NCBI GenBank assembly: GCA_934660865.1
Contig: CAKUIA010000010.1
Coordinates: forward strand, 61,168-93,167
Source: an uncultured Opitutales bacterium
GTDB taxonomy: Bacteria > Verrucomicrobiota > Verrucomicrobiia > Opitutales > Intestinicryptomonadaceae
Length of the DNA: 32,000 nt
Direction of reading: 5' to 3'
Positions 25,248 through 32,000 of this stretch are shown piece by piece; position 1 is the first letter of the stretch, and each line of letters starts with the position of its first letter. Below the pieces are notes generated by a model. It did no database searches. It saw nothing but the letters and a program-made list of their open reading frames with translations, and was not told where the DNA came from. The translations under genes were made by a program, and so were the position numbers.

Positions 25248-26015
25248 TTATAGTTTTTGAATGGTCATTCCGCCGTCAACCTTAAAAATCTGCCCCGTGC
25301 TGTAGTCGAAGTCGCCGCGGGCTACGGCGGCTGCAACCTTGCCTATGTCGTCGGGAAAGCCCCAGCGTTTTGTAACGCAAAGGCCTTCGGATATAAGGCG
25401 GTCGTACTTTTCGGTTACGCACTTTGTCATGTCGGTTTTAATTACGCCGGGGCGTATTTCGAACACTCCTATGCCGTATTGCCCAAGGCGCGAGGCGAAA
25501 AGCTGCACCGCCATGGAAAGCCCCGTTTTGGCTATGCAATAGTCGGCGCGGTTTTCGGAAATTACCTGGGCTGAAACCGAGCTTACAATTATTATGTTCG
25601 CCTTAAAGTCGGGGTTCTTCTCCTTTTCGGCAATCATTGCGTTTGCAAAGGCCTGCGTAAGGAAAAAGGTTCCCTTTAAGTTTGTGTTTAAAAGCCAGTC
25701 GAAATTTTCCTCGGTCATTTCCAGCATGTCGGCACGAACTTTCGGGGCAACCCCCGCGTTGTTTACAAGCAAATTCGGCACGCCTACGGCCTTTATGGTT
25801 TTTTCGACAATGTCGGCGCGCGAGGCCTTGTCGGCAATGCTGCCTTGAATGTAGTGCGCCTTTTTGCCGCTGATTTTCGAAATTTCGTCTACGGCGTCTT
25901 GGCAAAGCGAAATATCCCTTGTGCCGTTTAACGCCATTTCAAAGCCGAGCTTTGCAACGTTTTTTGCAATGCCGAAGCCTATGCCCCTTGTAGAGCCCGT
26001 TATAAGTGCCTTCAT
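25248..26015 (-). CDS. Short-chain dehydrogenase/reductase (classical SDR; '3-ketoacyl-ACP reductase-like' subgroup of unknown substrate)
   Basis: 'KALITGSTRGIGFGIA' (TGxxxGxG), 'NNAG', 'Y.IAK' catalytic pair ('ADYCIAKTG'), 'RPGVIKTDM', 'STGQIFKVDGG'. Start set at MKALITG (26015), 1 nt after the upstream stop. The track start 26042 would overlap. Confidence 0.85.
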   Translation of the reverse strand: MKALITGSTRGIGFGIAKNVAKLGFEMALNGTRDISLCQDAVDEISKISGKKAHYIQGSIADKASRADIVEKTIKAVGVPNLLVNNAGVAPKVRADMLEMTEENFDWLLNTNLKGTFFLTQAFANAMIAEKEKNPDFKANIIIVSSVSAQVISENRADYCIAKTGLSMAVQLFASRLGQYGIGVFEIRPGVIKTDMTKCVTEKYDRLISEGLCVTKRWGFPDDIGKVAAAVARGDFDYSTGQIFKVDGGMTIQKL

Positions 26016-26016
26016 T

Positions 26017-27369
26017 TTACGCCAATCCTTTCGATTTTGCAAATTCCCTGCCTTGCCTGTATTCTGGCAGATAAACTTTCGAGTCGAACATAACGCAGCC
26101 CGAGCGCGATTTTAAATCTTTCATAATCTGCGAGCATTTCGAGCACGTTATGCAGCATTTTTTGCCGTCTATTTCGCCGAACTGTTTCAGGTCGTTGGGT
26201 ATGTTCGGATACGCCAAAAGCCCGCGCCCGAAACCCGCAAGCGTGCACATTTTGTTTTTCAGCATTTCGGCCGCCACATTAACGCAGCACTTGCCCAGCC
26301 ACGAAGTTCCCGCCGAAACTACGACGGTGTCGGGGTTTGTTTTTTGGATTTTTTCGACTACGTCTATAAACCTTTTTACGCCCAAAATAGGGTGCTCGGG
26401 CGAGGCGGGGGCTCCCGCAACATTCATATTGTAGGGTCTGTTCCAGTGGGGGCTGGTTCTGGGGTAGCCTATCGAAACGCCGAGCAAATCTATGCCCATT
26501 GTCTTTAGCTCGGAAATTAGTTTTAAGGGCTCTGTCATATCGAACTGAATGGAGCCTTCCTCCTCTTTGACGCCCCAGCCGTAGGGGAAGGGCGATGGCT
26601 CGTAAACCGTAAGCCTTGTGCATACAAAGGTATTTTTTGAAAGCGCCTGCTTTATGTATTTTACGCAGTCTTTGTAAAAGCGGGTTCTGTTCTCGTACGA
26701 GCCGCCGTATTTGCCGGGGCGCAGCCTTGCCTTGAAAAGCTCTGCAACCAAATAGGCGTGCACCGACTTCATATCCACGCCGTCAAAGCCCGCCTTTTCC
26801 GCCAAAACGGCGGCCTGCACAAACTTTTCAACCAAAGCGTCAAGCTCGTCGTCCGAGATTATTTTTGCGTTGTCGTCCAGCGGCTGTATTTTTTCCAAAT
26901 CGGGTATTCTCTGCGCTATTACGGGGGCGTTTACGCCGTAGGGGCGGCTGAACCTGCCCGAATGTGTAAGCTGCAAAATCATTGTGGGGGCTTTGCCGTT
27001 TTTTGCAAGTCCCGCCGCCTTGGTTTCGTCTACAAGCTTTTTATACGAGTCTACATTGCCGCTTGAAATGTAGAACTGCTTCGGGTTCGACTTGCCCTCG
27101 GGCACAACGGCGCAGGCCTCCGCCCAAATAAGCCCCGAGCCGCCCTCTGCCAGGCGCCTGTACCTTCTTAGCGAAAAATCGGTTATTGCCCCGCTTTCGG
27201 GGTCGGCGTCTACGCCCTCCATTGGCATCGAAACAATGCGGTTTGGCAAGTCCAGCGTTTTGCTTTTAAAAGGTTCAAGCAAAATGTCGGTGTTGTCGCT
27301 AAAGGGCAAGCTTACATTCTGTTCGGCCTGCACCCTAAAAAGATCGTCTTTAGACAATATTCTATCCAT
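26017..27369 (-). CDS. Old Yellow Enzyme-family FMN oxidoreductase with C-terminal 4Fe-4S-type Cys motif, short form lacking the NAD(P)H/FAD domains
   Basis: OYE TIM-barrel motifs 'LPNRIVSMPM', 'ILQLTHSGR', 'GFDGVDMKSVHAYLVAELF......GKYGGSYENRTRF', 'AGFGRGLLAYP'. A CX2CX2CX12C motif ('CITCSKCSQIMKDLKSRSGC', about 26095-26154) matches the arrangement in the trimethylamine dehydrogenase / 2,4-dienoyl-CoA reductase family. The protein ends 25 aa after the last Cys. Confidence 0.8.
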   Translation of the reverse strand: MDRILSKDDLFRVQAEQNVSLPFSDNTDILLEPFKSKTLDLPNRIVSMPMEGVDADPESGAITDFSLRRYRRLAEGGSGLIWAEACAVVPEGKSNPKQFYISSGNVDSYKKLVDETKAAGLAKNGKAPTMILQLTHSGRFSRPYGVNAPVIAQRIPDLEKIQPLDDNAKIISDDELDALVEKFVQAAVLAEKAGFDGVDMKSVHAYLVAELFKARLRPGKYGGSYENRTRFYKDCVKYIKQALSKNTFVCTRLTVYEPSPFPYGWGVKEEEGSIQFDMTEPLKLISELKTMGIDLLGVSIGYPRTSPHWNRPYNMNVAGAPASPEHPILGVKRFIDVVEKIQKTNPDTVVVSAGTSWLGKCCVNVAAEMLKNKMCTLAGFGRGLLAYPNIPNDLKQFGEIDGKKCCITCSKCSQIMKDLKSRSGCVMFDSKVYLPEYRQGREFAKSKGLA

Positions 27370-27387
27370 ATTAAAACAGCTTTTTAA

Positions 27388-28743
27388 TTATATGCAAAAT
27401 TTGTAGTAGGGTTGTTTGTCGAGCTCTCTTTGAAGCAAAAGGGCAAGCTCTGCAAGGTGGTAGTCGCCCCACATGCTAGATTCGCCGTAGGGGGCGAGAT
27501 TTTTGTCGGGCGCGTAGTCCCAGTTGTTGGGGCGGTGGTATATGGAGTGCAGCAAAAGCCCCTGGTGCCTTTTGTTTAGCGAAACATAGTCGTCGCTTAA
27601 AAGGCGCTTCGAAACAATTAGGGCATACCTTGTGTATTTTTCGTCTTTTAAGTATTTGCCGAGCCTGTATAGCCCCTGGGCCGCTATCGCGCTTGCCGAC
27701 GAATCTACCGGTTCGTAGGGGTTTTTTATTTGGGCGGGTTTGTCCAGATAGTCGTCGCCCAATTTGTAGAGGTTTGGCGCGCCCGTGTCCCAATAGCAAA
27801 TGCCGTCGCTTGGGGTATATTTAATGTAGAAATCGCAAACGGCTTTTGCGGCTTTAAGCATTGTTTGCATTACGGTTTTTTTGGGGGCTTTTGGCGAAAA
27901 TTCCCCTGCGTCTATTTCGCTTAGGGCTTCAAGCTCTTCGGCAAAGCCGAGCATTGCCCAGGCCAGGCCCCTTGTCCAGGTGGTAAACGCGCAATAGCCC
28001 TGCTGCGAGTTCGGGCACCTGTAGTTGCCGTCGTTTGTGTTGAAAACCGATTCGTGCGCAACCCTGCCTTTTATGTCGTAAAAGTCGCGGTTTGTGCCGT
28101 ACCAAACATTGTATTTTGCCGTGGTTAAAATGTGTTGGCACGCCCTTTCCAAAAGGCTTATTTTTTTGTCGTTTTCGCCCATAAGCGAATGCCCAAGCTT
28201 GTGGGCAAGCACCAATGCCCTGCAGCTTCTTATTGTGTCTATAAAAAGCGATTGGGGGCCGTTAAACGAGTATATGTATGGGTTTTGCGCGAAGTTGCTC
28301 CAGCGCGAAGCCTGTATGGCCCCGCTTGTTTTAAGCGCAAGCTCGCAAAAGTTTAAAAGCCATTCGTCGCGCTTTATCTTTTTTTCGACAATAAGCCTGC
28401 GCAGATTGCCGTAGGTTGAAACGTTGTTAAAGCCGTGGTCGTGAACGCCTATGTGCGAAACGTGCTGCGCCATATTTTTCAATATGCCGTCGCTTGCGTA
28501 TTTAAGCGAAAATTTGTCCTTTGTAATTTCGTAGTGTATAAGGGGCATTCCGTACATGAAGCCCTGCGTCCATTCCGTCCAGCCGCGGGTTGTATATTTG
28601 CCCTTGACGGTAAATACCGGCGAGCCTTTTGCCGTGTCGTATTCGTTCGCCAAAAGTTTTATTTTTTCGCCCAATAAAGACCAAAGGCGTTTTAAGTCGC
28701 CCTTAAGGTCTTTTAGTTGAATAGACGGGTTGTCTTTTATCAT
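27388..28743 (-). CDS. Glycoside hydrolase family 88-like unsaturated glucuronyl/uronyl hydrolase (cytoplasmic; no signal peptide)
   Basis: GH88-like motifs 'WTEWTQGFMYGM', 'HDHGFNN..TYGNL', 'SLFIDTIRS', 'GRVAHESVFN..DG', 'QGY...TTWTRGLAWAMLGFAE', 'DGICYWDTGAP', 'VDSSASAIAAQGLYRLG'. Confidence 0.75.
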   Translation of the reverse strand: MIKDNPSIQLKDLKGDLKRLWSLLGEKIKLLANEYDTAKGSPVFTVKGKYTTRGWTEWTQGFMYGMPLIHYEITKDKFSLKYASDGILKNMAQHVSHIGVHDHGFNNVSTYGNLRRLIVEKKIKRDEWLLNFCELALKTSGAIQASRWSNFAQNPYIYSFNGPQSLFIDTIRSCRALVLAHKLGHSLMGENDKKISLLERACQHILTTAKYNVWYGTNRDFYDIKGRVAHESVFNTNDGNYRCPNSQQGYCAFTTWTRGLAWAMLGFAEELEALSEIDAGEFSPKAPKKTVMQTMLKAAKAVCDFYIKYTPSDGICYWDTGAPNLYKLGDDYLDKPAQIKNPYEPVDSSASAIAAQGLYRLGKYLKDEKYTRYALIVSKRLLSDDYVSLNKRHQGLLLHSIYHRPNNWDYAPDKNLAPYGESSMWGDYHLAELALLLQRELDKQPYYKFCI

Positions 28744-28745
28744 AA

Positions 28746-30545
28746 TTACAGATTCCTTTCCGACCAGGTGGGTTTAACGGTTCCCCTTATTTTCAAATCC
28801 TTCCACAAAACCGATATTGCATTGCCGTTTTCGTCTATTTCGGGCTCTTCGGCGCTGGTGTTTTTCGGGTTAAGCTCGAAGCCGAAAACAAAGCCTGCCT
28901 TGTCCATTTTTTGCAGGTTGAATTTGCGCGGGCTGCCCGAATATATAATGTAGTCTATATATGTTCCCTTTTTGTCGAATGAGGTTTCCCACTTGCCTTT
29001 GGGCAAGCCGTCGAATTCGGCATACATTAGCGCCGCCGAAAACAGCTGGTTGCCCGCCTTGAAAAACACGGGGCTGTTCCATTCTTTTGGTGCGTTCCAC
29101 TCGGCCTTGTTGCAGTTTTCCAGCGCAAACCTAATCCTTATGTCTTTGGCCTCGAATATGCCGTCTTTTAGGCAGCCAATCCACGGGTGTTTAACGCCGT
29201 AGTTCTTTATGAAATTTATGAAAGACAGGGTTTTTTCTCCGCGTCTTTCGGTGAACATTCTGCCGCACGAAAAGTCGTAGAAATCTACATACATTCTCAC
29301 CGTCATGCAGGCGGCTTTGCCCTCGCTTAAAAAGTATACCGAAAAGGGCCTGCGCTGGTTCCACATAAGCGAGCGGTTTAGCGTGCCGAATGCGTAGTCG
29401 TTTGTAAGCGAGCATACGCCCGTCATTTGGGGCTCTTTTTTCACGAAAATATCCCTTTCAACGCGCGGATATTTCGGGTCTAAAAAGTAGCTGTGGAATT
29501 TTTCGGGCACTTTGCAGTTCGAAGAAAGGCTGTATCCGTAGCGGCGCAGTCCCGTCTTTAGTTTGCCGTCCAGCGCCTTGTCGATGAAAGCGAGAACATA
29601 GTTGCCCGATATGCTGCTGTACGACCTGCTGTTTGGGCCTGCCCACTGCATTGTGGGTTTGTGCCAGTGGCGCGCAATCATGCTCCAGCCGTAGTCTACA
29701 AGCTCGTCCACCTTTTTCGAGTCTTCGGGGTCTGTAATTCTTTCCTTCAGGCGCGCAAGCTCCTCTAAAGCCACTATTGTGTAGGTTGGGCTGTTGAATT
29801 CCTCAAAGCCGTTGTTTTCGCGGGTGAAATTTAAAAATGCGTTTAGCTTTGCGTTTGAATATTCCTTTATGTCGGGCAAGTCGAAAAGGCGCGAAGCCGT
29901 ATACGTCAAATATGTGCCCATAATTGCAATGTTTGTGTAGCTAACCGAAACATTGCGCTTTTTTACGGCTTGGCACGCCTTTATTATCGATTCTTTCATT
30001 ACAGACTTTGTCTTGTCGCTTAGGCGGCCGTTAAAATCTATGTATATTTCAAGAAGCGATACCCCGCAAAAGTCGGCCCAGTTGTAGTCTATGGGAGATT
30101 TTTTTGTGGCCAGCGGCTCTTCCTTATAATACGGCCACACGCCGTAATAGGGTTTTGTTGCGTCTTTTTCCTGCAAGGCGCAGGCGTTTTGTATGCACTT
30201 TTCGGCCAGCGGCAAAACCGAGGGGTCGTTCGAGGCAAGAAGCACCCACGCATAGCTAAGCGAGTCTCTTACGGGGTGGTAGTTTGCCGCCTTTTGTGCG
30301 TCGGTATGGTAGTTCCAGCCGTTTATTTTCGATACAAGCATATTTTCGCTTGTGTCGAACTGGTGTATTGAGCGCTTAACCTGGTCTTTAAGGCTTGCAA
30401 TGTCGTCGGCCGACAAAACCCTTTCGGCGCAGCGAATACCGTCTTTTTCGAAAAAGGCCCTGTTTTGGGCATTGCAACAAAACGAAAATACCGACGACAA
30501 CAGCGCCGCCGATACCGCAAAGGTAGACATCATATATTTTAGCAT
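28746..30545 (-). CDS. Exported 599-aa protein of unknown family (helix-rich N-half + beta-rich C-half; candidate glycan-active enzyme)
   Basis: Signal peptide 'MLKYMMSTFAVSAALLSSVFSFCCNAQ'. First gene of the operon, 2 nt upstream of the GH88-like gene. No catalytic motif recognised. Confidence 0.5.
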   Translation of the reverse strand: MLKYMMSTFAVSAALLSSVFSFCCNAQNRAFFEKDGIRCAERVLSADDIASLKDQVKRSIHQFDTSENMLVSKINGWNYHTDAQKAANYHPVRDSLSYAWVLLASNDPSVLPLAEKCIQNACALQEKDATKPYYGVWPYYKEEPLATKKSPIDYNWADFCGVSLLEIYIDFNGRLSDKTKSVMKESIIKACQAVKKRNVSVSYTNIAIMGTYLTYTASRLFDLPDIKEYSNAKLNAFLNFTRENNGFEEFNSPTYTIVALEELARLKERITDPEDSKKVDELVDYGWSMIARHWHKPTMQWAGPNSRSYSSISGNYVLAFIDKALDGKLKTGLRRYGYSLSSNCKVPEKFHSYFLDPKYPRVERDIFVKKEPQMTGVCSLTNDYAFGTLNRSLMWNQRRPFSVYFLSEGKAACMTVRMYVDFYDFSCGRMFTERRGEKTLSFINFIKNYGVKHPWIGCLKDGIFEAKDIRIRFALENCNKAEWNAPKEWNSPVFFKAGNQLFSAALMYAEFDGLPKGKWETSFDKKGTYIDYIIYSGSPRKFNLQKMDKAGFVFGFELNPKNTSAEEPEIDENGNAISVLWKDLKIRGTVKPTWSERNL

Positions 30546-30554
30546 AATATGCAG

Positions 30555-30583
30555 ATACTAAGGAAAATCGCCTTTTGTGTAAA
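30555..30583 (-). promoter_or_regulatory. Candidate sigma70-like promoter of the five-gene operon (TTTACA-N17-TAGTAT)
   Basis: On the minus strand, TTTACA (30583-30578), a 17-nt spacer, then TAGTAT (30560-30555), 9 nt before the ATG at 30545. It lies immediately downstream of the namZ terminator. Confidence 0.4.
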
Positions 30584-30616
30584 GATTTTTTTGAAAGGGC
30601 TGTTTCCTTGAAACGC

Positions 30617-30641
30617 AAAAAAAACCGCACAAATTGTGCGG
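30617..30641 (-). terminator. Intrinsic terminator downstream of namZ
   Basis: The minus strand reads CCGCACA-ATT-TGTGCGG followed by T8. The 7-bp stem runs 30625-30631 / 30635-30641 and the T-tract is the complement of 30617-30624. It lies 23 nt after the namZ stop. Confidence 0.7.
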
Positions 30642-30664
30642 CGTTAAATCTTTTCGGGCAAAGG

Positions 30665-31909
30665 CTATTTGTATAGATAAAACTTTTTTGCCCACAGGGC
30701 GTATTCGGCGTTTTGGGCGTCCCACATTCTTATGAATTTGCCCACATAGGCGTTTTTGCCCTTTGACGAAATTTCGTTCCACCAGGCCTGCGAGCCGGTG
30801 TGTTTGTTGAAAAGCAGTGCGTCGTTTGCCTTTGCGGCTGCAAACGGGTTTTTGCCTTCAAATTCGCAGGTAATCTGCATAAGGTAAAAACTAAGCTGGG
30901 TGGGCTTAAACTTTTCCCAATCGTCTACCGAAACATACAGGCCGTTTTTCTTGCCCTTGGGCGTGTTTAATGTGTATTCGGTAAACGAAACTCCCGCAAT
31001 GTTTTTAGACAAAAGCGCTTTTTTTATTCTGGAGGCGGGAAGCTGCCCGTATGTTAAAAACCTGAACGGGTAGCCCATGCCGTAGCCGTGCTGGAAGGGG
31101 CCAATTTGGCAGCCAAGCCCCGTCATGGAATAGCCGACTACCGCCGAAAAGTCGGGAATTGCGGGGCTTGTAGGTACCCATCTTAAGCCAGTGGCGGGCC
31201 AGCGCATGGAGCGTGTCCAACCCTTCATGGGTATTACCCTTAGCTTGCCGTTTGCCTGCTGCTTGGAGGTGATTTCCAGCCAGCCTTTTGTGGTTTTTGC
31301 CATTTTTGCAATTTCGCCTATGGTTAGCCCGTGAACGTAGGGAACATTTATCATTCCCACATAGCTTTTAAATTTCATATCCAACATTGGGCCGTCTATC
31401 TTAAGGCCGCCGAGCGGGTTGGGGCGGTCTAAAACCAAAACCTGCTTTTGGTTTTCAAAACAGGCCTCCATAGCCCTTATCATGCAGCTTACATAGGTAT
31501 AGGAGCGGCAGCCAATGTCCTGCAAATCTATAACCAAAATGTCTATGCCCTTAAGCATTTCGGGCGTGGGCTTGCGGTATTTGCCGTACAGCGAATAAAC
31601 GGGCAGCCCCGTTTTTTTGTCTATTTTGTGGTCTACGGGAACGTTCGCCTTTTCGTTGCCGTAAATGCCGTGCTCGGGGCCGTATAGAGCCGTAAGGTTT
31701 ACGTTTTTTGCCCGCATTAAAACGTCTATAGTGCTAACTCCCCTGTTGTTTACGCCCGCCGGGTGCGTAAGCAGCCCGACTTTTTTGTTCCAAAGCGGGG
31801 CAAACTGCATTTCCTCCAAAACGTCTATGCCCAGCTTTACTTTTGCGTTTGCCGACGCCGCAAAAAACAGCGCAAAAAATATAAAAACTATTTTAGCGAT
31901 TTTTTGCAT
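30665..31909 (-). CDS. namZ: DUF1343-family protein (NamZ-like exo-beta-N-acetylmuramidase)
   Basis: Signal peptide 'MQKIAKIVFIFFALFFAASANA'. DUF1343 motifs 'VGLLTHPAGV', 'LYGPEHG', 'VYSLYG....P...ML.GIDILVIDLQDIG.R.YTY', 'VLDRPNPLGG'. Start at ATG 31909 preferred over the track's 31927. Confidence 0.85.
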   Translation of the reverse strand: MQKIAKIVFIFFALFFAASANAKVKLGIDVLEEMQFAPLWNKKVGLLTHPAGVNNRGVSTIDVLMRAKNVNLTALYGPEHGIYGNEKANVPVDHKIDKKTGLPVYSLYGKYRKPTPEMLKGIDILVIDLQDIGCRSYTYVSCMIRAMEACFENQKQVLVLDRPNPLGGLKIDGPMLDMKFKSYVGMINVPYVHGLTIGEIAKMAKTTKGWLEITSKQQANGKLRVIPMKGWTRSMRWPATGLRWVPTSPAIPDFSAVVGYSMTGLGCQIGPFQHGYGMGYPFRFLTYGQLPASRIKKALLSKNIAGVSFTEYTLNTPKGKKNGLYVSVDDWEKFKPTQLSFYLMQITCEFEGKNPFAAAKANDALLFNKHTGSQAWWNEISSKGKNAYVGKFIRMWDAQNAEYALWAKKFYLYK

Positions 31910-32000
31910 TCGAAAACCTTGCGGCATATAGCCTGTAGATTATGTCGGTAATAACCGCGCCAGATATTGAAATTACCACGCCGCCAAGCAGCACGCAAAC
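31893..32000 (-). CDS. 3' end of an upstream gene (hydrophobic C-terminus; start lies right of the window)
   Basis: The minus-strand frame is open from base 32000: 'VCVLLGGVVISISGAVITDIIYRLYAARFSNAKNR*', with stop TAA at 31895-31893. Only 35 codons are visible, so this is weak. Confidence 0.3.
   Translation of the reverse strand, partial: VCVLLGGVVISISGAVITDIIYRLYAARFSNAKNR

Noticed and set aside
1-32000. CRISPR arrays, tandem repeats, IS elements, tRNA/rRNA genes
   Set aside because: The intergenic space totals only about 0.7 kb, with the longest gap 119 nt, and none of it shows repeat-spacer periodicity, cloverleaf-capable sequence or terminal inverted repeats. This is visual inspection only. 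A repeat finder and tRNA scan would be needed to be definitive.

Overview
This is a very gene-dense chromosomal segment: by my coordinate tally only about 2% is intergenic. I call 30 complete or partial protein-coding genes. By eye I recognised no rRNA, tRNA, CRISPR array, IS or integrase, or large repeat. The host looks diderm (TolB, an LpxL-type lipid A acyltransferase, a LolA-like protein, a TAT-exported enzyme), but I cannot assign a lineage from this window.

Most of the content is housekeeping:
- 1-5978 (+): tolB', thrH, a purM-like gene, ychF and a two-gene System II cytochrome c synthase (ccsB/ccsA).
- 6011-8621 (-): tsaD, radC and thiD, joined by ATGA stop/start overlaps.
- 8694-14723 (+): rarA, a DUF360 membrane protein, an exported hypothetical protein, hpnH-like radical SAM, dinG-like helicase and a dimeric-dUTPase-like protein.
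- 14692-20829 (-): a long tightly coupled run of secG, LolA-like, M29 aminopeptidase, rluD, metY, ribE and an EEP nuclease/phosphatase.
- 20888-23826: a divergent pair, a degenerate DUF255-like protein and an LpxL::GT9-half fusion.

The most interesting part is 23863-30641. It is a five-gene minus-strand unit bounded by a promoter-like element and two intrinsic terminators. It encodes an exported 599-aa orphan protein, a GH88-like unsaturated-uronyl hydrolase, a short Fe-S OYE-type flavoreductase, an SDR and a TAT-exported Gfo/Idh/MocA enzyme. I flag it as a candidate uncharacterised glycan or unsaturated-sugar processing route. This is inference, not demonstrated. A separately terminated namZ (DUF1343) gene follows.

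All functional calls rest on motifs and remembered family resemblance. No database search was run.
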